A stretch of 64,000 nt of DNA from an uncultured Gammaproteobacteria bacterium (GTDB lineage: Bacteria > Pseudomonadota > Gammaproteobacteria > JAADHQ01): assembly GCA_947258755.1 (NCBI GenBank), contig CAMYJO010000010.1, positions 36,814 through 100,813 of the forward strand, given 5' to 3'. Positions 56,422 to 64,000 of this stretch are shown piece by piece. The notes beneath the pieces are model-generated. The model was given only the letters and a program-made list of their open reading frames with translations, did not search any database and had not been told where the DNA came from. Made by a program: the position numbers and the translations under genes. How positions within the stretch are numbered: the first letter of the stretch is position 1; the number at the start of each line of letters is the position of its first letter.

Positions 56422-58863
56422 TTGTCACCTCAAAAGGAGGAGAAGAACATGGAACAAATACTACACACCGGGCAAGCCAAAACGGAAGTCGAGCCGGGCA
56501 CGCTCTCCCCACAGGCACTGAGCAACATGGACGCCTATTGGCGGGCGGCCAACTACCTGTCGGTGGGACAAATCTATTTGCTGGATAATCCGTTACTGAC
56601 AGAGCCGCTGTCACTGGAACACGTCAAGGCGCGGCTACTCGGTCATTGGGGAACCACCCCGGGCCTGAACTTCATCTACGTGCACCTGAACCGGGTGATC
56701 AAGGCCCATGATTTGAGCGTCATTTATATTGCAGGTCCCGGTCACGGAGGTCCCGGCCTGGTAGCCAATACATGGCTGGAGGGGACATATAGCGAGGTGT
56801 ACCCGAACGTTCCTCAGAACGCGAAGGGCATGAAGCAGCTGTTCAGACAGTTCTCGTTTCCAGGCGGCGTGCCGAGCCATGTTGCCCCGGAAACACCGGG
56901 GTCAATCCACGAAGGCGGCGAGCTGGGCTATGCCCTTTCCCATGCCTATGGTGCAGTGTTCGACAACCCGGATCTCATTGCCGCCTGCGTGGTCGGCGAT
57001 GGCGAGGCCGAGACCGGTCCGCTCGCCACCGCCTGGCACTCAAACAAGTTTATTAATCCCGCGCACGATGGCGCCGTGCTCCCAATCCTGCATCTGAACG
57101 GCTACAAAATCGCCAACCCCACCGTGCTGGCACGCATTCCTCGGGAGGAACTAGAGAGCCTGTTCATCGGCTACGGTTACCGGCCCTATTTCGTTGAGGG
57201 ATCCGAGCCCGGGCACATGCACCAGCAGATGGCGGCCACGCTGGAGACGGTGGTCACCGAGATCCGAACGATCCAGAAAGAAGCACGCCACAACGGTGTA
57301 ACACAACGCCCGCGCTGGCCGATGCTTATCCTGCGCACACCGAAGGGCTGGACCGGTCCAAAGGAAGTGGATGGCAAAAAGACCGAAGATTACTGGCGTT
57401 CGCACCAGGTGCCATTCGCCGAGTTGGCCGACAAGCCGGATCACCTAAGGCTACTCGAGGACTGGATGAAAAGCTACCGCCCCGAGGAACTGTTTGACGA
57501 GAAGGGTTCTCTGCTGCCGGAGTTAGCCGAGTTGGCACCGCAAGGCGAACGGCGCATGGGCGCCAATCCGCATGCCAACGGCGGCCTGTTGCTTAAGGAT
57601 TTGAAGCTGCCGGACTTCCGCGATTACGCGATTGACGCGGCAAATCCCGGTGCGCTGGCGGCTGAAGCGACCCGGATCATGGGTACATATCTGCGCGACG
57701 TGATGAAACTTAACCTCGACACGCGGAACTTCCGGGTGATGGGGCCGGACGAAACCAATTCCAATCGCCTCGGTGCATTGTTGGCCGTGACCGGGCGCGC
57801 CTGGATGGCTGAGACGCTGCCGGAAGACGATCATCTCGCGCCCGATGGGCGGGTGATGGAGATCCTCTCCGAGCACACCTGCCAAGGCTGGCTGGAAGGC
57901 TACCTGCTTACCGGACGGCACGGTCTGTTCTCCTGCTACGAGGCCTTCATCCATATCGTCGACTCCATGTTCAACCAGCATGCCAAGTGGCTCAAGGTGA
58001 CCAGCAAGGAGATCCCCTGGCGCCGTCCGATCGCCTCGCTCAACTATCTGCTGACCTCGCACGTGTGGCGTCAGGACCATAACGGCTTTTCGCATCAGGA
58101 TCCCGGCTTTATCGATCATGTGGTCAACAAGAAGGCCGATATCATCCGTGTGTACCTACCACCCGATGCCAATACGCTGTTGTGCGTGACCGATTGCTGT
58201 CTGCGCTCGCGCAACTTCGTCAATGTCATCGTCGCCGGTAAACAGCCCCAGCCGCAGTGGCTTGATATGGATGCGGCGATCAAACACTGCACTGCCGGTA
58301 TCGGCATCTGGGAGTGGGCCAGCAACGATCAGGGTAGTGAACCGGATGTCGTGATGGCCTGTGCCGGCGATGTGCCGACCCTCGAGACGCTGGCGGCTGT
58401 GGATATCCTTCGAAGTCATCTTCCTGAACTCAAGGTGCGAGTGATCAACGTAGTAGATCTCATGACTTTGCAGGATGAGGAAGAACACCCCCACGGGCTC
58501 TCGCTCAAGGACTTCGATACGCTGTTTACAACCGACAAGCCCACCATTTTCGCCTACCACGGTTACCCCTGGTTGATTCATCGCCTGACGTATCGGCGCA
58601 CTAATCATAAAAATCTGCATGTGCGCGGTTATAAGGAAGAAGGAACCACCACCACACCGTTCGATATGGTGGTGCGCAACGACATGGATCGCTTCCACCT
58701 GGTGGCAGATGTGATCGACCGCGTACCCACGTTGGGTTCCACTGCGGCGTATCTCAAGCAGTGGATCCGCGATAAACATATCGAACACCAGCAATACATC
58801 ACCGAGCACGGGGTGGATATGCCGGAAGTGACGCAATGGCAGTGGGGCGAAAACGGGGATTGA
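56422..58863 (+). CDS. xfp: Phosphoketolase (xylulose-5-phosphate/fructose-6-phosphate phosphoketolase)
   Basis: '[21 protein letters not shown]...[11 protein letters not shown]...[23 protein letters not shown]' are conserved XFP/TPP-binding regions. 813 aa. An alternative ATG lies at 56449. Confidence 0.9.
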   Translation: MSPQKEEKNMEQILHTGQAKTEVEPGTLSPQALSNMDAYWRAANYLSVGQIYLLDNPLLTEPLSLEHVKARLLGHWGTTPGLNFIYVHLNRVIKAHDLSVIYIAGPGHGGPGLVANTWLEGTYSEVYPNVPQNAKGMKQLFRQFSFPGGVPSHVAPETPGSIHEGGELGYALSHAYGAVFDNPDLIAACVVGDGEAETGPLATAWHSNKFINPAHDGAVLPILHLNGYKIANPTVLARIPREELESLFIGYGYRPYFVEGSEPGHMHQQMAATLETVVTEIRTIQKEARHNGVTQRPRWPMLILRTPKGWTGPKEVDGKKTEDYWRSHQVPFAELADKPDHLRLLEDWMKSYRPEELFDEKGSLLPELAELAPQGERRMGANPHANGGLLLKDLKLPDFRDYAIDAANPGALAAEATRIMGTYLRDVMKLNLDTRNFRVMGPDETNSNRLGALLAVTGRAWMAETLPEDDHLAPDGRVMEILSEHTCQGWLEGYLLTGRHGLFSCYEAFIHIVDSMFNQHAKWLKVTSKEIPWRRPIASLNYLLTSHVWRQDHNGFSHQDPGFIDHVVNKKADIIRVYLPPDANTLLCVTDCCLRSRNFVNVIVAGKQPQPQWLDMDAAIKHCTAGIGIWEWASNDQGSEPDVVMACAGDVPTLETLAAVDILRSHLPELKVRVINVVDLMTLQDEEEHPHGLSLKDFDTLFTTDKPTIFAYHGYPWLIHRLTYRRTNHKNLHVRGYKEEGTTTTPFDMVVRNDMDRFHLVADVIDRVPTLGSTAAYLKQWIRDKHIEHQQYITEHGVDMPEVTQWQWGENGD

Positions 58864-59248
58864 TGCGTGTACTGTGCAGACCGCTTGGCAGAGGGTTCCT
58901 GCGGAGCAAGTGACCGGAAATAAGAGCTTGACATGTCACTAGCATACAGCTTTTAGAATGTATCATACTAGAGAGCTGGATGTTGATGTGAAGGATTGGA
59001 AATGAACATGCAGAGTATTCGTGAGATCGAAAAACAGCAGAGCACCGCCCCGGGCAAGATCGAGCTGGTCGGAACGCTTCAGCGAGGAGAAGTACTACGA
59101 CTGTATAGCCAAGGCGTATGACGGCTATTGCGATCAGTCAGATTGCTTGTGGCGGGAAGACTGTCTTACTGTCGATGCGGCTCGGTAAAGATAGCTGAAC
59201 ACCACGGCGATCACCAGTTGATTTCAGGACTCGCCCAATTAGGAGAAC

Positions 59249-59452
59249 ATGATGGAATGGTTAGCAGAAAACTGGTTCTGGGTACTCATCGGTATCTTGT
59301 TTGTGGGCATGCATCTGTTTGGCCACGGAGGTCATGGTGGTCACGGTAGCCATGGCGGTGGAGGCGGTTGTGGTCATGGAGGAAAAGACTCTAAGGACGA
59401 GCCGGGTGCCGACACCACGGACCCGGACAAGCCCTCAGGCCATCAACATTAA
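59249..59452 (+). CDS. DUF2933-like small His-rich membrane protein (copy 3)
   Basis: 'MEWLAENWFWVLIGILFVGMHLFGHGGHGGHGSHGGGGGCGHGG...'. Confidence 0.5.
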   Translation: MMEWLAENWFWVLIGILFVGMHLFGHGGHGGHGSHGGGGGCGHGGKDSKDEPGADTTDPDKPSGHQH

Positions 59453-59465
59453 CGGAGGACGGAAT

Positions 59466-59738
59466 ATGCTCAACACAAAACTGGTTACCTGGGCGCTGGG
59501 AATTTTTGTCGCGGTCTCCTTCGTACTCTGTGTGATTTACGGGCTTGTGACGCCACAAAGCCTGCACATGCACACGTTTCTCGAACAGGTGCTGCCGGCA
59601 TTCAAATGGCTCACGTGGTGGGGCTTCCTGCTCGGACTCGTCGAGAGCTTCCTGTATGGCGTCTATGCCGGTCTGGTGTTCTGCCCGATCTACAACTGGC
59701 TCAACCGACGGTTTGGCGCTGGCCGCGCCACCATCTGA
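59466..59738 (+). CDS. Small two-transmembrane membrane protein of the metal-island family (copy 3)
   Basis: 'MLNTKLVTWALGIFVAVSFVLCVIYGLVTPQSLHMHTFLEQVLPAFKWLTWWGFLLGLVESFLYGVYAGLVFCPIYNWL'. The ORF track lists an extended in-frame start at 59301. Confidence 0.55.
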   Translation: MLNTKLVTWALGIFVAVSFVLCVIYGLVTPQSLHMHTFLEQVLPAFKWLTWWGFLLGLVESFLYGVYAGLVFCPIYNWLNRRFGAGRATI

Positions 59739-59985
59739 TTCGGGGCTGGCAATGGAAAATGTCAGTAGAAATTAAGCCACTAAAATTTTATATGCCTTCG
59801 GAAAGGCAGGCTGGTGGGCATCGTTTCGAGCCGCAATATATTGCGATTTATGGATGGCTTGATCGAAATAACCCAACAGCAGCTAGCACAGGTAACTGAC
59901 GCGCGGGTAGAGAAGATAATGACGCCGCTGCCCGTGTCACTGGTATGGCAAATTTTTTTCCTTCTAAATTTTTGAGGAGACAGTC

Positions 59986-60183
59986 ATGAAACATCAAAGC
60001 AACGAACAGAACTTCAAGGACCCGGTTTGCGGCATGGAAGTCAGCCGTACGACTGCCATTGAGGAATTTGTCTATCAGGGTAAACCTTACTACTTCTGCT
60101 CCGGGGGCTGCCGGGAGGCATTCGAGGCGGAGCCTGATAAGTATCTTCGGCATCATCGCCAACATGGGATTAAACAAAAGTAA
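59986..60183 (+). CDS. YHS/TRASH-domain small metal-binding protein (copy 3, intact)
   Basis: 'DPVCGMEVSRTTAIEEFVYQGKPYYFCSGGCREAFEAEPDKYL'. Confidence 0.65.
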   Translation: MKHQSNEQNFKDPVCGMEVSRTTAIEEFVYQGKPYYFCSGGCREAFEAEPDKYLRHHRQHGIKQK

Positions 60184-60258
60184 GCTTGCAGGGGTGTAGC
60201 TGCCCCGTCTAGCTTGTATGAGTGTCACTGACTTTATATCACAAGAAGGGATTTTGTT

Positions 60259-60936
60259 ATGAAAGACGGTATTGCACATTCCGGCGCCTGGGGGCTTGCC
60301 GCAATCATGATTGTGGTGGCGTCCTGGGTGCTTTATCGCTATCTCGCCCCGAAAACGTGGCGCGAGTGGGCGAGCGCGGGAGTCGTGCAGGCATTCATCA
60401 TCGCCCTGTATGCGGAGATGTATGGTTTTCCGCTCACTATTTACCTGCTCGCGCGGTTTTTTGGCCTGGACAGATACAATCTCAACGCCAATCTCTGGTC
60501 TTCGCTGGTTGGTGTGGGTGAGACAGGTATGCTGATTTCAATGCTGCTTGGCTATGCGCTACTGTTTGTTGGTATCGGTATTTTCATACAAGGCTGGCGG
60601 GAACTCTACCGTGCACACCAGCAGAACCAACTTGCAACAACAGGCCTGTACGGCCTGGTAAGACATCCGCAGTATACAGGGCTGTTCATTGGACTCTTTG
60701 GTGAGGGTATTGTGCATTGGCCGACATTGTTCTCGATAGGCTTGTTTCCCGTCATCGTGCTGGCCTATGGCTTGCTGGCGCGCAGCGAGGAAAAGCGGGT
60801 GGTCGAACAGTTTGGAGATGAATACCTTGCCTATCAACAGCAGGTGCCGAGGTTTTTTCCACGCATGGGACTATGGCGACAGATGGTCCAACGTTCCAAT
60901 ATGGATGCCGATAAGGAGGAGCCTCCTCCTCGATGA
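60259..60936 (+). CDS. Isoprenylcysteine carboxyl methyltransferase (ICMT/PEMT) family membrane protein
   Basis: 'LATTGLYGLVRHPQYTGLFIGLFG' is the ICMT-family signature. Multi-pass membrane protein. Confidence 0.75.
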   Translation: MKDGIAHSGAWGLAAIMIVVASWVLYRYLAPKTWREWASAGVVQAFIIALYAEMYGFPLTIYLLARFFGLDRYNLNANLWSSLVGVGETGMLISMLLGYALLFVGIGIFIQGWRELYRAHQQNQLATTGLYGLVRHPQYTGLFIGLFGEGIVHWPTLFSIGLFPVIVLAYGLLARSEEKRVVEQFGDEYLAYQQQVPRFFPRMGLWRQMVQRSNMDADKEEPPPR

Positions 60937-61041
60937 TGACACTGCACGGGTTGAGTGGGGGCAAGCTTGGCGCTTGCCATGTCGGACATGTCGAAGAATA
61001 TTGAGCATAACATAGCGCGTTAATCAGGAGGTGTATCGAGA

Positions 61042-62352
61042 ATGTTTTGGTCTACAAGTACACATGCTGGAGGGGTGGGGCGTATCGTTCAACGCGTGTT
61101 TCAGGGCTGCCCAGGCAGTCTATCCGTACGTCTGTGGGATGGGAAGACGCTAATATTTGGTGATCACGAGCCCGATACGACACTGGTTATTAATCGCCCC
61201 GGTGTTTTTCGCGATCTGGTCTTGCATCGAGATCCACTTCACCTGGCTGAAGCCTATTTTCAGGGCGCCATCGATGTGGAGGGTGACCTTTATGTCGCCT
61301 TGAGACTGAAGAACCATTTGCGATCCCTACGCTTGTCCACTGCCGAGAAAATTGCTTTTTTGTTCGGGGCTTTGTCCCTCGGTGACAGGCCCGCTAACGC
61401 CAGCCTTGTAGCACCGTCGAAGCGCAAGGTCTGGATACGGAAGCTGTGGCGTAGCCATTCAAAGAGCGAGAACCGCAAGGCCATCGCCTTCCACTACGAT
61501 GTCTCCAACGCCTTCTACCGTTTGTGGCTCGATGAGCAAATGATTTACTCCTGCGCCTATTTTGAAGCCGAGAACGACAGTCTCGACCAGGCGCAGTGCA
61601 ACAAGCTGGAACATATCTGCCGCAAGCTGCGGCTTCAACCGGGCGAGCGCCTGCTCGATATTGGCTGCGGCTGGGGCGCATTGATCTGCTGGGCTGCGCG
61701 GCATTATGGCGTACACGCGCACGGTATTACCTTGAGCCATGAACAGTATGTTTACTGCCAGGCGAAAATCAAGGAAGCAGGGTTGCAGGATCGGGTTACG
61801 GTAGAACTCAAGGACTACCGCGACCTGCGAGGGGAAGCCAATTATGACAAGATCGTCAGCGTTGGCATGTTTGAGCATGTCGGCCTCAAGAACCTGCCAC
61901 TTTACTTTGCTTGTGTACAGCGCCTGTTGAAGCCAGGTGGGCTGTTCCTGAATCACGGTATAACCCAGGATCAGGAAGGCTGGGTCAAGACCGTGGGCAC
62001 ACGCTTCATCAATCGCTACGTGTTTCCGGATGGTGAGCTGGATACAGTTAGTAACGTGCAACGCGTTATGGAGCGTGCTGGCTACGAAATCCTGGATGTT
62101 GAATCGCTACGGCCGCATTACGCGCTGACGTTACGTCACTGGGTTCGACGGCTCGAAGCACGTAAGGAAGAGGCGCTGGAGCATGTAACAGAATCGGTCT
62201 ATCGTGTCTGGCATCTCTATATGGCCGCCTGCGCGCTGCAGTTTGAGCAGGGCGAAATCGGCGTGTACCAGATCCTGGCTGTCAATCGCGACGCTGGCCT
62301 TGCGGCGGTGCCTCTGACGCGAAGGGATCTTTACGACGATGTCGATCTGTGA
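61042..62352 (+). CDS. Cyclopropane-fatty-acyl-phospholipid synthase family SAM-dependent methyltransferase
   Basis: SAM motif 'LLDIGCGWGAL' and CFA-synthase-like flanks ('YDVSNAFYRLWLDEQMIYSCAYF', 'YHLYMAACALQFE'). Confidence 0.8.
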   Translation: MFWSTSTHAGGVGRIVQRVFQGCPGSLSVRLWDGKTLIFGDHEPDTTLVINRPGVFRDLVLHRDPLHLAEAYFQGAIDVEGDLYVALRLKNHLRSLRLSTAEKIAFLFGALSLGDRPANASLVAPSKRKVWIRKLWRSHSKSENRKAIAFHYDVSNAFYRLWLDEQMIYSCAYFEAENDSLDQAQCNKLEHICRKLRLQPGERLLDIGCGWGALICWAARHYGVHAHGITLSHEQYVYCQAKIKEAGLQDRVTVELKDYRDLRGEANYDKIVSVGMFEHVGLKNLPLYFACVQRLLKPGGLFLNHGITQDQEGWVKTVGTRFINRYVFPDGELDTVSNVQRVMERAGYEILDVESLRPHYALTLRHWVRRLEARKEEALEHVTESVYRVWHLYMAACALQFEQGEIGVYQILAVNRDAGLAAVPLTRRDLYDDVDL

Positions 62353-62434
62353 AGTGACATGCCTCAATTTCAGCACTATCGCGTGACATATAAAGGAGGT
62401 GTCAGTGATGAAAATGGAAACAGTCAATATTTAG

Positions 62435-62515
62435 GTGAGTGGTTTGCTCTCGGTATTGAGTGCCCGCGGTGTTGAAAAACAGCTGTTGAAGCATACTGGT
62501 GCATGGCAGTACTGA
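62435..62515 (+). pseudogene. Short duplicated fragment of the 5' end of the gene starting at 63734
   Basis: The translation 'VSGLLSVLSARGVEKQLLKHTGAWQY*' parallels 'VQGLLSVLSARGVEKQLLKLPGV' at 63734. Nucleotides 62456-62500 are about 85% identical to 63776-63820. Confidence 0.35.
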
Positions 62516-62638
62516 TGGTGCTGCCGGTGGTTACGGTTATCTGTTCAGCCCTGGGTCGACCTTTCTATTCAAAGGCGTGCAGTTTTTCGAGGTGGTGGTG
62601 AGTAACGTAAGGGATGTAGAGGCGACGGAGGATTAAAC

Positions 62639-63397
62639 ATGAGCGAGAAAGAAAGACCTGTATCGGACCCTGTCCGGCGCTGGCTGCTGATGCGCGGCGG
62701 GGTGATTGCCGCATTGTTGGCCGCCCCTGGCCTGTTGCTTACCTTGTTGGCCCGGGCCAAGCCGGCTGATCAGCCCGTCAGCAACCAACAACGCTGGGGT
62801 ATTTTGATCGATACGCACAAATGTATGGATTGCACGGAGTGTGTGGATGCCTGCAACCACGAGAATGGACTGGATCGGGGCGATGAATGGCGTTCGAGGC
62901 CTGAGCAGAAGGCGCAATGGATCCGCAAGGTCACACTGCGCGACCGTGCGACCGGCCACCATCAATCGTTGCCAGTGTTGTGTCAGCACTGCGAATTTCC
63001 ACCCTGTGTCGACGTCTGTCCAACGGGTGCCTCTTTTCGGCGCGCGGACGGCATTGTGCTGGTTGACAAGCACACCTGCATTGGTTGCCGCTATTGCATG
63101 ATGGCATGTCCCTACAAGGCGCGTTCCTTCATCCATGAGGACCTGACTCACCAACTCCCCTATGTGCCCCGCGGCAAGGGTACGGTGGAGAGTTGCACGC
63201 TGTGCGTGCATCGTGTGGACGCGGACCGTATTCCGGCCTGTGTCGAGGCCTGCAATACCCTGGGCGCACAGTCCATGTGGTTTGGTGACCTGAACGACCC
63301 GGACAGTGTCATCAGCCGGCAACTAAAAGAATATCCGAGCAGCCAGATCCGTGCGGATCTAAAACTCAACACGGGGATCCGTTATCGTGGGATATGA
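62639..63397 (+). CDS. Tat-targeted 4Fe-4S ferredoxin-type subunit (DmsB/NrfC/PsrB-like)
   Basis: Twin-arginine signal 'RRWLLMRGGVIAALLAAPGLL...A'. Four Cys clusters: 'CMDCTECVDAC', 'CQHCEFPPCVDVCP', 'CIGCRYCMMACP' and 'CTLCVHRV...CVEAC'. No catalytic molybdopterin subunit gene lies adjacent. Confidence 0.75.
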   Translation: MSEKERPVSDPVRRWLLMRGGVIAALLAAPGLLLTLLARAKPADQPVSNQQRWGILIDTHKCMDCTECVDACNHENGLDRGDEWRSRPEQKAQWIRKVTLRDRATGHHQSLPVLCQHCEFPPCVDVCPTGASFRRADGIVLVDKHTCIGCRYCMMACPYKARSFIHEDLTHQLPYVPRGKGTVESCTLCVHRVDADRIPACVEACNTLGAQSMWFGDLNDPDSVISRQLKEYPSSQIRADLKLNTGIRYRGI

Positions 63398-63733
63398 CCG
63401 CGCCGTTATCTCTATGCGGTCTTTTTGAACGAGTGTGTGGTTGGGCGTCGGCGATCATTTTTATCGACACATTGGTTGCACTCGGGCGCATACGGGATAC
63501 AAATCCTCTACCAACTACTGGAAAATGAAATGCATGGGGAGCCGTAACTCGAAGCACTACAGGGGTTGTATGGTGTGAGGTGACGGAATTACTGCAGTAC
63601 TTTTCCATGGTTTAAGACTAGGGTGTTGAATCTTTTTTATTGATGGTGGCGAAGGTGGGCGAATGTTTATGAATGACGACGGAAATGTGTTGTCGCGTGC
63701 CGATAAAGACAGTCCGACATAAGGAGAAACCGA

Positions 63734-64000
63734 GTGAAAACGAGCATTATAGAGGTCCAGGGTCTGCTTTCAGTCCTGAGTGCCCGCGGTGTGGAGAAGC
63801 AGTTGTTGAAATTACCCGGTGTACGGAAAGTCGAAGTCAATTATGTCGCCGGGAGCGCGACCGTGGTTTATGACGACACAATGATCGATATCAAGGCTAT
63901 CAAGGCCCGGGTGCATGAGTGCGGTTACCACTGTGCCGGGGAACAAATGCCGAAACATGTTTGTGTCCCTGAGGATCCACCGGCTGCCGCTGTCGTCTTC
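63734..64000 (+). CDS. Protein with degenerate HMA-like N-terminal domain, possibly the start of a heavy-metal P-type ATPase (partial, runs off the window)
   Basis: 'IEVQGLLSVLSARGVEKQLLKLPGVRKVEVNYVAGSATVVYDD' has an HMA-fold pattern with the CxxC replaced by 'SVLS'. It is followed by 'HECGYHCAGEQMPKHVCVPEDP'. GTG start. The open frame continues to the window end. Confidence 0.4.
   Translation, partial: MKTSIIEVQGLLSVLSARGVEKQLLKLPGVRKVEVNYVAGSATVVYDDTMIDIKAIKARVHECGYHCAGEQMPKHVCVPEDPPAAAVVF

Noticed and set aside
55216-56614. Multiple Arg/Pro-rich ORFs overlapping ackA and the xfp 5' end in other frames
   Set aside because: Typical spurious open frames in GC-rich coding DNA. The ackA and xfp assignments are unambiguous.
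1-64000. CRISPR arrays, rRNA or tRNA genes
   Set aside because: No regularly spaced direct repeats and no rRNA/tRNA-like sequence were noticed on either strand on reading.

Overview
This window appears to be a mosaic of two compositions. Bases 1 to about 34,900 are AT-rich, gammaproteobacteria-like chromosomal DNA. The gammaproteobacterial-type gshA and the sulfur-related rhodanese, DsrE-like and SQR-like genes suggest a sulfur-oxidising gammaproteobacterium, but that is a low-confidence guess.

The AT-rich part is unusually dense in c-di-GMP and signal-transduction genes. It holds two single-domain PilZ proteins, a large protein with two PilZ motifs, an HD-GYP phosphodiesterase, an HDOD protein, a receiver-domain response regulator with a long acidic tail, an FHA protein, and YcgL and BolA family proteins. 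It also holds housekeeping genes (msrA, gshA, YihY, a YgiQ radical-SAM protein, a def-fmt pair, a MOSC protein, a Na+/H+ antiporter) and several rhodanese-domain proteins.

At about 31.0 to 32.7 kb there is a narrow mer locus: MerR, a divergent operator, MerC and a GDCCVxC small protein, with no merA. It is followed by an odd FliB-like CxxCxxCC protein.

From about 35 kb to the end the sequence is mostly GC-rich and looks like a composite metal-homeostasis and fermentation island that is partly decaying. Its contents:
- Three MerR-family paralogs.
- A duplicated module of a His-rich membrane protein, a conserved hairpin, a cytochrome c and a MerR-family gene. The second copy is decayed.
- Three copies of a triad made of a DUF2933-like protein, a small membrane protein and a YHS domain. 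The copies are decayed to different degrees.
- A Rieske protein plus a Rieske fragment.
- A Met-rich periplasmic protein, YHS fusions, an ICMT-family methyltransferase, a CFA-synthase-family protein, a Tat-targeted 4Fe-4S subunit and the start of a probable P-type ATPase.
- A cluster of alpha-glucan phosphorylase, acetate kinase and phosphoketolase.

A pseudogene-rich stretch at about 39.3 to 44.6 kb contains an ABC1/UbiB-like kinase gene broken by a premature stop and a homopolymer frameshift, a YHS gene with two in-frame stops, and a frameshifted IS4/IS5-family transposase gene.

I found no rRNA or tRNA genes and no CRISPR array. All functional calls come from motif recognition by eye in the translated ORFs. 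None has been checked against a database.
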